Origin: Nitrospiraceae bacterium
GTDB taxonomy: Bacteria > Nitrospirota > Nitrospiria > Nitrospirales > Nitrospiraceae
NCBI GenBank assembly: GCA_046091085.1
Contig: JBJTAZ010000196.1
Coordinates: forward strand, 1-44,473
Direction: 5' to 3'
Length of the DNA stretch: 44,473 nt
The first letter of the stretch is position 1. Every line of letters starts with the position of its first letter. Positions 9,862 through 18,542 of the stretch are shown here, one piece after another. Both the position numbers and the translations under genes were made by a program. The notes beneath the pieces are model-generated. The model searched no databases, was not told where the DNA came from, and saw only the letters and a list, made by a program, of their open reading frames with translations.

Positions 9862-10500
9862 ATGTCTCAATGGATCGCCATCTGGTTTCAATGGGTTCAC
9901 GATTGGGGCTATCCGGGCATCGTGCTGCTCATGGCCCTGGAAAGCTCGATTTTCCCCATTCCCAGCGAGGTAGTCATTCCGCCGGCCGCCTACTGGGCCA
10001 CGCAAGGCCGTTATAGTTTCGCCGGTGTCGTGTTGGCCGGTACGCTGGGCAGTTACCTCGGCGCCGCCGCCACCTATTGGGCGGCACGCTGGCTGGGACG
10101 ACCGTTGCTGGTCCTTTACGGGAAGTATCTGTTCTGCCCGGAGGACAAGCTGCTTCGGGCGGAACGTTGGCTTGCGCGCTATGAAGCGGGCGGAATCTTC
10201 TTTGCCCGCCTCGTGCCGGTCGTCCGGCACCTGATCGGCATTCCGGCCGGCCTGGTGCGCATGCCGTTCGGCCTCTACAGCGCGATGACGATCGTCGGAG
10301 CGGGGCTCTGGTGCTGGGTCCTCGCCTGGTTCGGCGGCGACCTGCTGGGTAGCCAGCCGAATTTGGTGCAAAACCCCTCGCAACTGGTCGGCGTGCTCCA
10401 GGAAAAATCCCGACTGGTCGGCGGATTTGCCCTATTACTCTGCGTCCTCTATGTCTTGGTGATGCGCCTGACCGCCAAACCCGCCTCTGCAGATTCGTGA
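9862..10500 (+). CDS. DedA/SNARE-associated family membrane protein
   Basis: Typical DedA N-terminus (WGYPGIVLLMALESSIFPIPSEVV) and FFARLVPVVRHLIGIPAG. Start is ATG 9862 within the longer ORF. Confidence 0.85.
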   Translation: MSQWIAIWFQWVHDWGYPGIVLLMALESSIFPIPSEVVIPPAAYWATQGRYSFAGVVLAGTLGSYLGAAATYWAARWLGRPLLVLYGKYLFCPEDKLLRAERWLARYEAGGIFFARLVPVVRHLIGIPAGLVRMPFGLYSAMTIVGAGLWCWVLAWFGGDLLGSQPNLVQNPSQLVGVLQEKSRLVGGFALLLCVLYVLVMRLTAKPASADS

Positions 10501-10509
10501 CCCGTTCGG

Positions 10510-11154
10510 TCAATCCAGGCGGAGGCTCCGCCAGAGATACCAGGAAGCGATCGTTTCGTAGGGATGCCAGGGCCGGCCGATTCGCCTCATAGTCCTCGCC
10601 GCCGGCAACGTCTTGAATCCATACCAGCGCCGGATCGCCTTCTTGATGCCCAGATCGTCCACGGGCAGTACGTCCAGCCGGTTCAACGAAAACATCAGAA
10701 ACATTTCCGCGGTCCAGCGGCCGATGCCATGCACGGACGTCAGCGTCTCGATAATCGCCTCATTGGATTGTCGCGGGAAACGGTGCGGTTGAATCCTGCC
10801 GCTGACGAATCCCCTGGCCAGTTCTTTGAGATAGCGCGCTTTCTGCCCGGAAAGTCCGGCCGTACGGAGACGGGGGATGGGCGTGGCGGCCACCAACTGC
10901 GGCGTGGGACGGCCCTTCGGGTACAGGGCCTCGAAGCGCTCGAAGATGACTTCGGCGACGCGCGACGACAGTTGTTGGGACACGATGGAATCGCAGAGCG
11001 TGACGAAGTGCCGGGGATGGCGCGTCAGGGTGCAGGGGCCGACCGACGCGATGATGCGCCGGAGGACCGGATCGGCCTTGGCCAAGCGGCGAGCGGCCCC
11101 CGCATGCGCGTGGTTTCCTCGAATGCGGCGCTCGCTCTCCGGCAGGAGTGCCAT
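10510..11154 (-). CDS. HhH-GPD DNA glycosylase (AlkA-like 3-methyladenine glycosylase II)
   Basis: HhH-GPD signature (LTSVHGIGRWTAEMFLMF...LPVDDLGI). I prefer ATG 11154 over the TTG at 11211 used by the ORF track. Confidence 0.8.
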   Translation of the reverse strand: MALLPESERRIRGNHAHAGAARRLAKADPVLRRIIASVGPCTLTRHPRHFVTLCDSIVSQQLSSRVAEVIFERFEALYPKGRPTPQLVAATPIPRLRTAGLSGQKARYLKELARGFVSGRIQPHRFPRQSNEAIIETLTSVHGIGRWTAEMFLMFSLNRLDVLPVDDLGIKKAIRRWYGFKTLPAARTMRRIGRPWHPYETIASWYLWRSLRLD

Positions 11155-11178
11155 CGTGTTGTCACGGAAATGTTGAAT

Positions 11179-11233
11179 GTTGAGTTGTGAGTGTGCCGTT
11201 CCCGAACTCAACCCTCACAATTCACAACTCACA
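11179..11233. repeat. Nested inverted repeats in the CDGSH/glycosylase intergenic region
   Basis: TGAGTTGTGA (11181-11190) pairs with TCACAACTCA (11222-11231). GTTGAGTT (11179-11186) pairs with AACTCAAC (11205-11212). The arms overlap, so the two hairpins are mutually exclusive. Confidence 0.6.
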
Positions 11234-11235
11234 TT

Positions 11236-11475
11236 TTAGAGGCGGGAGTGGGTGCCGTCGCAGAACGGCGGCTTCTTCGTATGCTTGCAACCGCAGAAAG
11301 CCACGCGCTTCTTTTCGGTGAATTCCACTTCCATCGGCGTGAACGAAGTGCCGGCATGCGAACCGTCGCAAAAGGGCTGGTTCTTCGAGCGACCGCACCG
11401 GCACCAATAGACCTTGCCGGGGCCCACTTCTATGACGTAGGGCGTTCGTTGCGCGATAACTGGTTCGTCGGCCAT
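11236..11475 (-). CDS. CDGSH iron-sulfur domain protein (two CDGSH motifs)
   Basis: CRCGRSKNQPFCDGSH and CGCKHTKKPPFCDGTH. ATG 11475 is preceded by GGAGGG. Confidence 0.85.
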   Translation of the reverse strand: MADEPVIAQRTPYVIEVGPGKVYWCRCGRSKNQPFCDGSHAGTSFTPMEVEFTEKKRVAFCGCKHTKKPPFCDGTHSRL

Positions 11476-11622
11476 ATACCCTCCAAAGTCTGGATCGATG
11501 TGCGAGGCGCGGGGGAACAGCCAAAGAAGGATCGAATCTGCCTCAGGCCCATAACCTCGCGTCCCACGCCCAACAAATGCGCGCATTGTACTCGATAGTG
11601 GAAAGAGAAGGAAACGGCAAAA

Positions 11623-12612
11623 TTACCGGCAACGCTTGGGCGCGCCCTGAGCACCGAGGGGTGTGAGCCAGAGATAATCGGCGACGCCGTCACGCATGAG
11701 GCCTCGCAATTCGTCCGCCCGGCCCGACTCAAACGAGGTCAGATAAATCGTCGCTTGCCCGACGGCACCCCCGCGCCGACGGACGACCCGATTCGGCACC
11801 GGCAAGCGATATTGCACGTGTCCCCCGCCTGTGTAGCTGACGATCGGGCCAGTGGCACGCCCCACCTCAAAACCAACGCCGGCCGCCCTCCGCTGCAAGG
11901 CCTCCGCAATGGTCTTGGCCATCCCTTCGTCGCGGAACATGGAGGCCTCATACATCCGTCGATAGGCGTCGTCGGAAAGGCCGCCGTGACATTGCCTGAG
12001 CGGTTTCACAATCATGTCGTGGTAAGCCGGCTCGTCCGCGAGGGCTTCGCCCTTCATTCCCCACCGTTCCATCTCCGAGTCGGTCATGGCTTGCGCCAAG
12101 CCTTGTTTGGCCACCAACCGCACGAGTGATTTGGGCGGATTCAGCGCCAAGACCTGGATGTCTTGCTGGCGAGCCCAGGCGACCAGCGGCTCATAGTCCT
12201 CAAACGCCCCGCCCCAGTTCTGTTCCCAGCGCGCCTCCTTCAGAAAGAAATCCCGCCCCCAGGCCTTATCGGCCAGATACCGGTCCAGCCCCGCCTGCCC
12301 ATCCCACCCGAACATTTCCAGCGCAAGGGCTGGACGCAGCCCCTGAGACGACAGCTTGCGGAGAACCCTGAGCGCCGCCTCGACATGCCAGTGGTTATGG
12401 TGCTCTTCGCCAAGATACACGACGTCGAGTTGGCTCAGGGCTGCGACCAGCTCATCCACGGAAATGACACGGCCGGTTCTGACCTCCCAGACCTGCCATT
12501 CCTGAAAGGTCGGAGGCGCGCTGTCATGCGCGACGGGACCGTCTGCGGAGACAGCCATTGGGCTGGCGAGCGCGAGTGCGAAAACCGGCGCCGCGAGAAT
12601 CATCCAACGCAT
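11623..12612 (-). CDS. ChaN/Tiki-superfamily (haem-binding uptake-like) periplasmic protein
   Basis: Signal peptide MRWMILAAPVFALALASPMAVSA. The VVYLGEEHHNHWH and LALEMF blocks are typical of the ChaN/Cofac_haem_bdg family. Confidence 0.65.
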   Translation of the reverse strand: MRWMILAAPVFALALASPMAVSADGPVAHDSAPPTFQEWQVWEVRTGRVISVDELVAALSQLDVVYLGEEHHNHWHVEAALRVLRKLSSQGLRPALALEMFGWDGQAGLDRYLADKAWGRDFFLKEARWEQNWGGAFEDYEPLVAWARQQDIQVLALNPPKSLVRLVAKQGLAQAMTDSEMERWGMKGEALADEPAYHDMIVKPLRQCHGGLSDDAYRRMYEASMFRDEGMAKTIAEALQRRAAGVGFEVGRATGPIVSYTGGGHVQYRLPVPNRVVRRRGGAVGQATIYLTSFESGRADELRGLMRDGVADYLWLTPLGAQGAPKRCR

Positions 12613-12681
12613 ACCCAGCTGCTTACCACAGCACCACGCCGACGGCAAGCCACGGCCTTGACTGGCTGGAGGCGCAAGACT

Positions 12682-14064
12682 ATGCTGCCCGCCGACTTCC
12701 CTCACGATTCACGAATAGAGCGGCCCCGCCTCATGATAGCTGACTCGAATCTCGACCCGTCGCTTGTGACCCAATTCAAAGCGCAGCTCGCCCGCGCCCG
12801 CGCCGAACGGCCGGAGGCTTGGGAATCCTCCAGTCGCATGGTAGGGCAAGCCCGGTTGCCAGCCACCCTGTCCCGGCTGATCACGGCTATCCGGGCATCG
12901 TCCTTCCCTCCCTTGCTGCGCGACGCGCTCATGGCCGCATTGCGCAGCGGGTCGGTCGAATGCATGCAAGAACTGTCCACCGGGTCGCTAAAGCGTCTGA
13001 CCGGGCTGCCAGCCACAAAAGCGGTGCGCGCCCTTTGCGTCCTGTTCAACGTGACCGGCAGTCCCTCGGATATCCCGCCGGCCGATGCTATGACGCCAGA
13101 GGAGGTCGAGGCTTTTGTCCGCGCCCATCGCAACCCCTTCGACTTGTTGCTCCAGGCGGGATCGCCCTCGCTGCTCGATGTGGGCGCCGGCGATCTGACC
13201 TTCGCCGAGGAAGTCGTTACCCATTATCTTCCGCCGCTTCGGTCGCAGGACCAATCGCTGGTGCTGCACGGCGTGGACCGGATTGATCCGAGGTCGAGCC
13301 TGGCCGGTCCGCTACAGGCCGATCCGGAACGGCTGGCTCGACTGCGCGACACAACGTCCGGCCTCGACTTTCGTTACTGGGGCAACCAGGACTGTTTCGA
13401 GCTCGACCGGATCAAGAAGCTCCTGCCCCGCTATACCCTCGTCACATGCCATGCCCCACCGACGCCCACGGTCGCGTTCGAACCGACCCGGCTCGCTCCG
13501 GCCGTCATCGCACAACACTTGCGGGCGGCCAAGGGCGATTTTCGCCGCATCCGCGTGGACGGCGAAGAGGCGCTCGAAGTCCTCCACGGTGGTAAGTCCC
13601 TGCTGTTCCCGCCCTGGAAGTTCGACATCAAGGGGCCGCTGGCCCTGCTGGAACTCATGGCCGGCAAGGGCCGGCTCTGCATCCTGGCAGCGGTGGATGA
13701 TGAAGTCTTTTGGGAGCTCCTCGCACAGCTCCCGGAGGAGGAGCGGTACCGGCCGGCAGACCTGATCTTCACGCCTGCCAACCGCCCGAAAATATTTGGC
13801 TCACTCTATGAGCACCTAGCGGCCCTACCGGTCGGCCAATCTCTGATCTTATCCGACCTGACGAGTCTGCGGCGGTCGTTCCCTCCTAGGGGCCATCAGC
13901 CCGGCAGACAGGCCAGTCCCTACCGTTTCCGTTATGTGGAGATTCGCCGAGGCGCAACCTTCGACGGGCAGCCGGCCGGCCGCACGGCCAGGCTGTTCAA
14001 GGATATGAAGGACGAAGTGCCGCCCTGGATGCTGCTGCTCGTGCCGGAACATCCTGCGAGCTGA
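12682..14064 (+). CDS. Hypothetical protein (about 460 aa) with a Rossmann/methyltransferase-like motif
   Basis: Long ORF with good codon bias. LLDVGAGDLTFAEE followed by LVLHGVDRIDP resembles SAM-methyltransferase motifs I/II, but I recognise no family. Start is ATG 12682 or 12733; the ORF-track start at 12163 lies antisense to the ChaN gene. Confidence 0.6.
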   Translation: MLPADFPHDSRIERPRLMIADSNLDPSLVTQFKAQLARARAERPEAWESSSRMVGQARLPATLSRLITAIRASSFPPLLRDALMAALRSGSVECMQELSTGSLKRLTGLPATKAVRALCVLFNVTGSPSDIPPADAMTPEEVEAFVRAHRNPFDLLLQAGSPSLLDVGAGDLTFAEEVVTHYLPPLRSQDQSLVLHGVDRIDPRSSLAGPLQADPERLARLRDTTSGLDFRYWGNQDCFELDRIKKLLPRYTLVTCHAPPTPTVAFEPTRLAPAVIAQHLRAAKGDFRRIRVDGEEALEVLHGGKSLLFPPWKFDIKGPLALLELMAGKGRLCILAAVDDEVFWELLAQLPEEERYRPADLIFTPANRPKIFGSLYEHLAALPVGQSLILSDLTSLRRSFPPRGHQPGRQASPYRFRYVEIRRGATFDGQPAGRTARLFKDMKDEVPPWMLLLVPEHPAS

Positions 14065-14191
14065 CGGCGCGGAAATTCGGTGTGAAAATTGACGCCCCCG
14101 GGGCCCTCTGATGGTGATGTTGGTGCGGCAGCTGGGCATTCCCGCACGCCTGGTCACCGGATTCCTGCCCGGCGAGCGGAGGCAATACTAG
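14063..14191 (+). pseudogene. Relic of a transglutaminase-like cysteine protease core
   Basis: Reads ..AEIRCEN*RPRGPLMVMLVRQLGIPARLVTGFLPGERRQY*. The C-E..., ..R..GIPAR.V.G(Y/F)..GE pattern is the TgpA/transglutaminase core. It has an in-frame stop at 14090-14092 and is truncated on both sides. Confidence 0.4.
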
Positions 14192-14367
14192 GCAGGGGTG
14201 ATGTCACGAAGATTGAGGGCGTGTTAAAATCGTGTTAACTGTCGGGCTCCACTTAAGCTCTGGACAAGACCCACAACGACCCGTCCCCAAATACGTGGGG
14301 CAGTATACAAACTTAGCACTATCGGCAGGAGCGCTTGGGGAGGGAATTTGCAACTAGTTGAGAAGTA

Positions 14368-14442
14368 TGGAGCGGGAAACGGGATTTGAACCCGCGACCC
14401 TCGCCTTGGCAAGGCGATGCTCTACCACTGAGCTATTCCCGC
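14368..14442 (-). tRNA. tRNA-Gly (anticodon GCC), CCA encoded
   Basis: Minus strand reads GCGGGAATAGCTCAGTGGTAGAGCATCGCCTTGCCAAGGCGAGGGTCGCGGGTTCAAATCCCGTTTCCCGCTCCA. It has a 7-bp acceptor stem, D and T arms, and anticodon stem TCGCC/GGCGA with loop TTGCCAA. Confidence 0.93.
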
Positions 14443-14467
14443 TCTCGAAACCTGCAGAAGGGGTCTG

Positions 14468-14496
14468 ATTCTACTCACCGCCTGCCTTACTGTCAA
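14468..14496 (-). promoter_or_regulatory. Sigma70-type promoter for tRNA-Gly
   Basis: Minus strand reads TTGACA (14496-14491), a 17-nt spacer, then TAGAAT (14473-14468). The -10 lies about 25 nt upstream of the mature tRNA 5' end. Confidence 0.55.
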
Positions 14497-14589
14497 GCTG
14501 GCCCCGTTCGACCCTTCCTGACTTCATTCAACAGAACCAATCGTTTTGCCATGTCAAACTGCCCCTCCCTCTAAGGATTCCGCTGCCTC

Positions 14590-14860
14590 CTATACCTCCA
14601 TAATCAGCGTAACAAAATCCCCCATCGTTACCAAATAGTATCATTGTAAAATTAATGGCATAAGATATTGAATACTCTGCAATAATTTACAATTACCTAT
14701 CTTGAATTTTTTCTAGCGATACAACTACTACTCAAAAACGTTTATTGACCACGATACCTGGCGGATAATTGAAATTTTATTATATATAAATCAGTGACTT
14801 ATATTTTATTTCTTGGCTGATTCGTTTGTGGTTTTGGTTCTAATATTGCTTTCTCCTATA
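14590..14860 (+). promoter_or_regulatory. AT-rich upstream control region of nxrAB
   Basis: I counted 49 G+C in the 180 nt from 14641 to 14820 (about 27%), against clearly G+C-rich flanks. It contains the IHF-like site AATCAGTGACTTA (14789-14801) and the inverted repeat ATTGTAAA/TTTACAAT (14643-14650 / 14686-14693). Confidence 0.5.
14835..14850 (+). promoter_or_regulatory. Candidate sigma54 (-24/-12) promoter of nxrA
   Basis: TGGTTC-TAATA-TTGCT matches TGGCAC-N5-TTGCW with exact GG/GC spacing and two mismatches. The predicted TSS is near 14861, giving a leader of about 185 nt. Confidence 0.45.
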
Positions 14861-15044
14861 GCCCATGTGGTCATCATCAATGCGTCATTCGGCCATTTAT
14901 TCCAGCGATGCTGAAGTGGCACTCGCCACCTTAGCCCGGTCGATGGCGCAAATCCAAACGAGGAAGGGGGTGATCGGAAGCAGTGGTTCGGTAGTTCGGT
15001 CTTTTGTGCTGGGCAACCAGCATTCAACTTAGGAGGTGTTCTCA

Positions 15045-18000
15045 ATGTTTTTATCACGCAGACAGTTTTTGAAGGTCTCGGCCGGCACGGTCGCGGCAGT
15101 GGCGGTGGCCGATAAGGCCCTCGCCCTGACGGCCTTGCAGCCGGTCATCGAGGTGGGCAACCCCCTCGGTGAGTACCCGGACCGGTCCTGGGAGCGGGTC
15201 TACCATGACCAGTATCGGTACGATTCCTCGTTCACCTGGTGCTGCTCCCCCAACGACACGCACGGCTGCCGGGTTCGCGCATTCGTGCGCAACGGCGTCG
15301 TCATGCGCGTGGAGCAGAACTACGATCACCAGACGTATGAAGACCTCTACGGCAACCGCGGGACGTTCGCGCACAACCCGCGCATGTGCTTGAAGGGGTA
15401 CACATTCCACCGCCGGGTGTACGGCCCCTATCGGTTGAAGGGCCCCCTGATGCGGCGCGGCTGGAAGCAGTGGATGGACGACGGCTCCCCGGAGCTGACG
15501 CCCGAAGTCAAGCGCAAGTATAAGTTCGACAGCCGGTTATTGGACGACATGCTCCGCGTGTCCTGGGATACCGGATTCACCTACCTCGCCAAGGCGATGA
15601 TCATCATCGCGACCCGGTATAGCGGCGAGGCGGGGGCGCGGCGGCTGCGCGAGCAGGGCTATGCGCCGGAAATGATCGAGATGATGAAGGGCGCGGGCAC
15701 CCGCTGCTTCAAGCATCGCGCGGGCATGCCGGTCCTGGGCATCATCGGCAAGATGATGAACACCCGGATGAACGGCGGCATCGACACACTGCTGGACAGC
15801 TGGATCCGCAAGGTGGGCCCGAATCAGGCGCAGGGCGGCCGCTATTGGTCGAACTACACCTGGCACGGCGACCAGGATCCGTCCCAGCCCTGGTGGAACG
15901 GGACCCAAAACTGCGACGTGGACCTCTCGGACATGCGCTTCTCCAAGCTGAACACCAGTTGGGGCAAGAACTTCACCGAGAACAAGATGTCGGAAGCCCA
16001 CTGGAAGCTCGAGAGCATCGAGCGCGGCGCCCGGATCGTGGTGATCACACCGGAGTACATCCCGACGGCCACGCGTGCGGACTACTGGATTCCAGTCCGG
16101 CCGGAAACCGACGGGGCCCTGTTCCTAGGTACCTGCAAGATCATCTTTGATGAGAACATGCACGACGTGGACTACATCAAGGGTTACACGGACATGCCCT
16201 TGTTGGTCCGCACCGACACCCTCCAGTACCTAGATCCGCGGGAAGTGATCAAGGACTTCGCGTTCCCGGACTACTCCAAGCGGTACTCGGGTCGGATCCA
16301 GTCGTTGAAGCCGGAGCAGATCGAGCGGCTGGGCGGCTTCATGGTGTGGGACTTGGCCAAGGGCCAGGCCGTGCACCTGGACCGGGAAGCGGTGGGCTGG
16401 CACTACCAGCAGAGCGGCATCGATGCGGCCTTGACCGGCACCTACCGGGTCAAGCTGCTGAACGGCCGTGAAGCGGACGTGATGCCGATCTATCAGATGT
16501 ACCAAGTCCACTTACAGGACTACGACCTGGACACGGTGCATCAGATCAACCGCGCGCCGAAGGACCTCATTGTTCGCTGGGCCCGGGACTGCGGCACGAT
16601 CAAGCCGGCCGCCATCCACAACGGCGAAGGCGTATGCCACTACTTCCACATGACCACGATGGGCCGCGGGGCCGCGCTCGTGATGACCATCACGGGCAAC
16701 ATCGGGAAGTTCGGCACGGGCTGCCACACCTGGTCGGGCAACTACAAGGCGGGCGGCTGGAACGCCACCCCCTGGTCCGGCGGCGGGTTGGGCGTGCACA
16801 CGGGCGAGGATCCGTTCAACATCACGACGGACCCCAACGCGCACGGCAAGGAAGTCAAGGTCAAGTCCTACTACTACGGCGAGGAAGTCGGCTACTGGAA
16901 CCACGGCGACACGGCCCTCATCGTCAACACGCCGAAGTACGGACGCAAGGTGTTCACGGGCAAAACCCACATGCCAACGGCGAGCAAGCTGCGGTGGGTG
17001 ACCAACGTCAACGTGCTGAACAACGCGAAGCACCACTATGACATGGTCAAGAACGTGGACCCGAACATCGAGTGCATCGTCACGCAGGACATCGAGATGA
17101 CGTCGGACGTGAACCACGCCGACATCGCCTTTGCCTGTAACTCCTGGATGGAGTTCACCTATCCGGAGATGACGATCACCGTGTCCAATCCCTGGATCCA
17201 GATCTGGAAGGGCGGCATCCGGCCGCTCTACGACACCCGCAACGACGCGGACACCTTCGCGGGCGTGGCGGCCAAGCTGTCGGAGATGACCGGGGATCAG
17301 CGGATGAAGGACTACTTCAAATTCGTGTACGACAACCGCGTGGACGTCTACGTGCAGCGGGTGCTGGATGCCAGCGCCACGACGTACGGCTACAGCGCGG
17401 ACACGATGCTGAAGTCGGAGAAGGGCTGGATGATGATGACCCGGACCTATCCGCGGCATCCGCTCTGGGAGGAAACGAACGAGAGCAAGCCGCAGTGGAC
17501 GCGGTCGGGTCGCATCGAGACCTACCGTGTGGAGCCGGAAGCCATCGAATACGGGGAGAACTTCGTGGTGCACCGCGAAGGGCCGGAGTGTACGCCCTAC
17601 CTGCCCAACGCGATCATGTCCACGAACCCCTACGTCCGGCCGGACGACTACGGGATTCCGATCACGGCGCAGCACCACGACGACAAGCACGTGCGGAACC
17701 TGCGGTTGCCTTGGCAGGAAATTCGGCGGAATGCGAACCCCTTGTGGGAGAAGGGGTACCAGTTCTACTGCGTCACCCCGAAGACCCGGCATCGGGTGCA
17801 CAGCCAGTGGTCGGTGAACGACTGGGTGCAGATTTACGAATCCAACTTCGGCGATCCCTACCGCATGGATAAGCGGACGCCGGGGGTGGGCGAGCACCAG
17901 TTGCACATCAACCCGCAGGCCGCCAAGGACCGGGGCATCAACGACGGCGACTACGTCTATGTGGACGGCAACCCGGTGGACCGGCCCTATCGCGGCTGGA

Positions 18001-18482
18001 AGCCCTCGGATCCGTTCTACAAGGTGTCGCGGTTGATGATTCGGACCAAGTACAACCCGGCCTATCCGTACCACGTGACGATGGCGAAGCACGCCCCGTA
18101 CGTGTCGACGGCGAAGTCGGTGAAGGGGCACGAGACGCGGCCGGACGGGCGCGCGATTGCCGTCGATACCGGATACCAGTCGAACTTCCGGTATGGCGCC
18201 CAGCAGTCGTTTACGCGGTCCTGGCTGATGCCGATGCACCAGACGGACTCGCTGCCCGGCAAGCATGCGATCGCGTGGAAGTTCAAGTTCGGCTACGCGA
18301 TCGACCACCATGCGGTCAATACGACCCCGAAAGAGTGCCTCATCCGCATCACCAAGGCGGAAGACGGCGGCATCGGGGCGCGCGGCCCATGGGAGCCGGT
18401 GCGCACGGGCTTTACCCCGGCGCAGGAGAACGAGTTCATGATCAAGTGGCTCAAGGGCGAGCACATCAAGATCAAGGTGTAA
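15045..18482 (+). CDS. nxrA: Nitrite oxidoreductase alpha subunit (Mo-bisPGD, periplasmic, Tat signal)
   Basis: Tat motif SRRQFLK and an N-terminal Fe-S motif region (WCCSPNDTHGC). It is a large type II DMSO-reductase-family protein of about 1146 aa followed directly by nxrB. AGGAGG at 15031-15036 favours ATG 15045 over the GTG at 15036. Confidence 0.93.
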   Translation: MFLSRRQFLKVSAGTVAAVAVADKALALTALQPVIEVGNPLGEYPDRSWERVYHDQYRYDSSFTWCCSPNDTHGCRVRAFVRNGVVMRVEQNYDHQTYEDLYGNRGTFAHNPRMCLKGYTFHRRVYGPYRLKGPLMRRGWKQWMDDGSPELTPEVKRKYKFDSRLLDDMLRVSWDTGFTYLAKAMIIIATRYSGEAGARRLREQGYAPEMIEMMKGAGTRCFKHRAGMPVLGIIGKMMNTRMNGGIDTLLDSWIRKVGPNQAQGGRYWSNYTWHGDQDPSQPWWNGTQNCDVDLSDMRFSKLNTSWGKNFTENKMSEAHWKLESIERGARIVVITPEYIPTATRADYWIPVRPETDGALFLGTCKIIFDENMHDVDYIKGYTDMPLLVRTDTLQYLDPREVIKDFAFPDYSKRYSGRIQSLKPEQIERLGGFMVWDLAKGQAVHLDREAVGWHYQQSGIDAALTGTYRVKLLNGREADVMPIYQMYQVHLQDYDLDTVHQINRAPKDLIVRWARDCGTIKPAAIHNGEGVCHYFHMTTMGRGAALVMTITGNIGKFGTGCHTWSGNYKAGGWNATPWSGGGLGVHTGEDPFNITTDPNAHGKEVKVKSYYYGEEVGYWNHGDTALIVNTPKYGRKVFTGKTHMPTASKLRWVTNVNVLNNAKHHYDMVKNVDPNIECIVTQDIEMTSDVNHADIAFACNSWMEFTYPEMTITVSNPWIQIWKGGIRPLYDTRNDADTFAGVAAKLSEMTGDQRMKDYFKFVYDNRVDVYVQRVLDASATTYGYSADTMLKSEKGWMMMTRTYPRHPLWEETNESKPQWTRSGRIETYRVEPEAIEYGENFVVHREGPECTPYLPNAIMSTNPYVRPDDYGIPITAQHHDDKHVRNLRLPWQEIRRNANPLWEKGYQFYCVTPKTRHRVHSQWSVNDWVQIYESNFGDPYRMDKRTPGVGEHQLHINPQAAKDRGINDGDYVYVDGNPVDRPYRGWKPSDPFYKVSRLMIRTKYNPAYPYHVTMAKHAPYVSTAKSVKGHETRPDGRAIAVDTGYQSNFRYGAQQSFTRSWLMPMHQTDSLPGKHAIAWKFKFGYAIDHHAVNTTPKECLIRITKAEDGGIGARGPWEPVRTGFTPAQENEFMIKWLKGEHIKIKV

Positions 18483-18542
18483 CCCGAGGGCAACCTCGTT
18501 CGCTCGTGGCGGTTAACCGACTGCAATTGGAGGAGTACAACA

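Noticed and set aside
12163-12681. Upstream extension of the 12163..14064 ORF
   Set aside because: It lies antisense to the ChaN-like gene, which has a signal peptide and family motifs. A plausible ATG exists at 12682 in the intergenic gap.
14351-14360. Perfect 10-bp palindrome CAACTAGTTG abutting the tRNA 3' end
   Set aside because: It is too short and has no loop, so it cannot be a terminator hairpin. A single occurrence cannot be distinguished from chance.
14505-14520. TTCGA-containing stretch that looked like a tRNA T-arm fragment (possible att remnant)
   Set aside because: The flanking bases are not complementary, so there is no stem. There is no extended identity to the tRNA-Gly 3' half.
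14917-14932. Perfect TGGCAC hexamer that could be a sigma54 -24 box
   Set aside because: The position where TTGC should follow (N5 later) reads ACCT, so there is no GC at -12. The element at 14835-14850 fits much better. Near-matches at 14656-14671 and 14758-14771 have the wrong spacing by one base.
14806-15057. 83-aa minus-strand ORF in the nxrA upstream region
   Set aside because: It spans the AT-rich tract and the nxrA RBS and start. It has no RBS, and its composition is not protein-like.
16512-18464. 650-aa ORF on the minus strand
   Set aside because: It is entirely antisense to nxrA. Its Arg/Val/His/Pro-rich low-complexity translation is typical of shadow ORFs in G+C-rich DNA.
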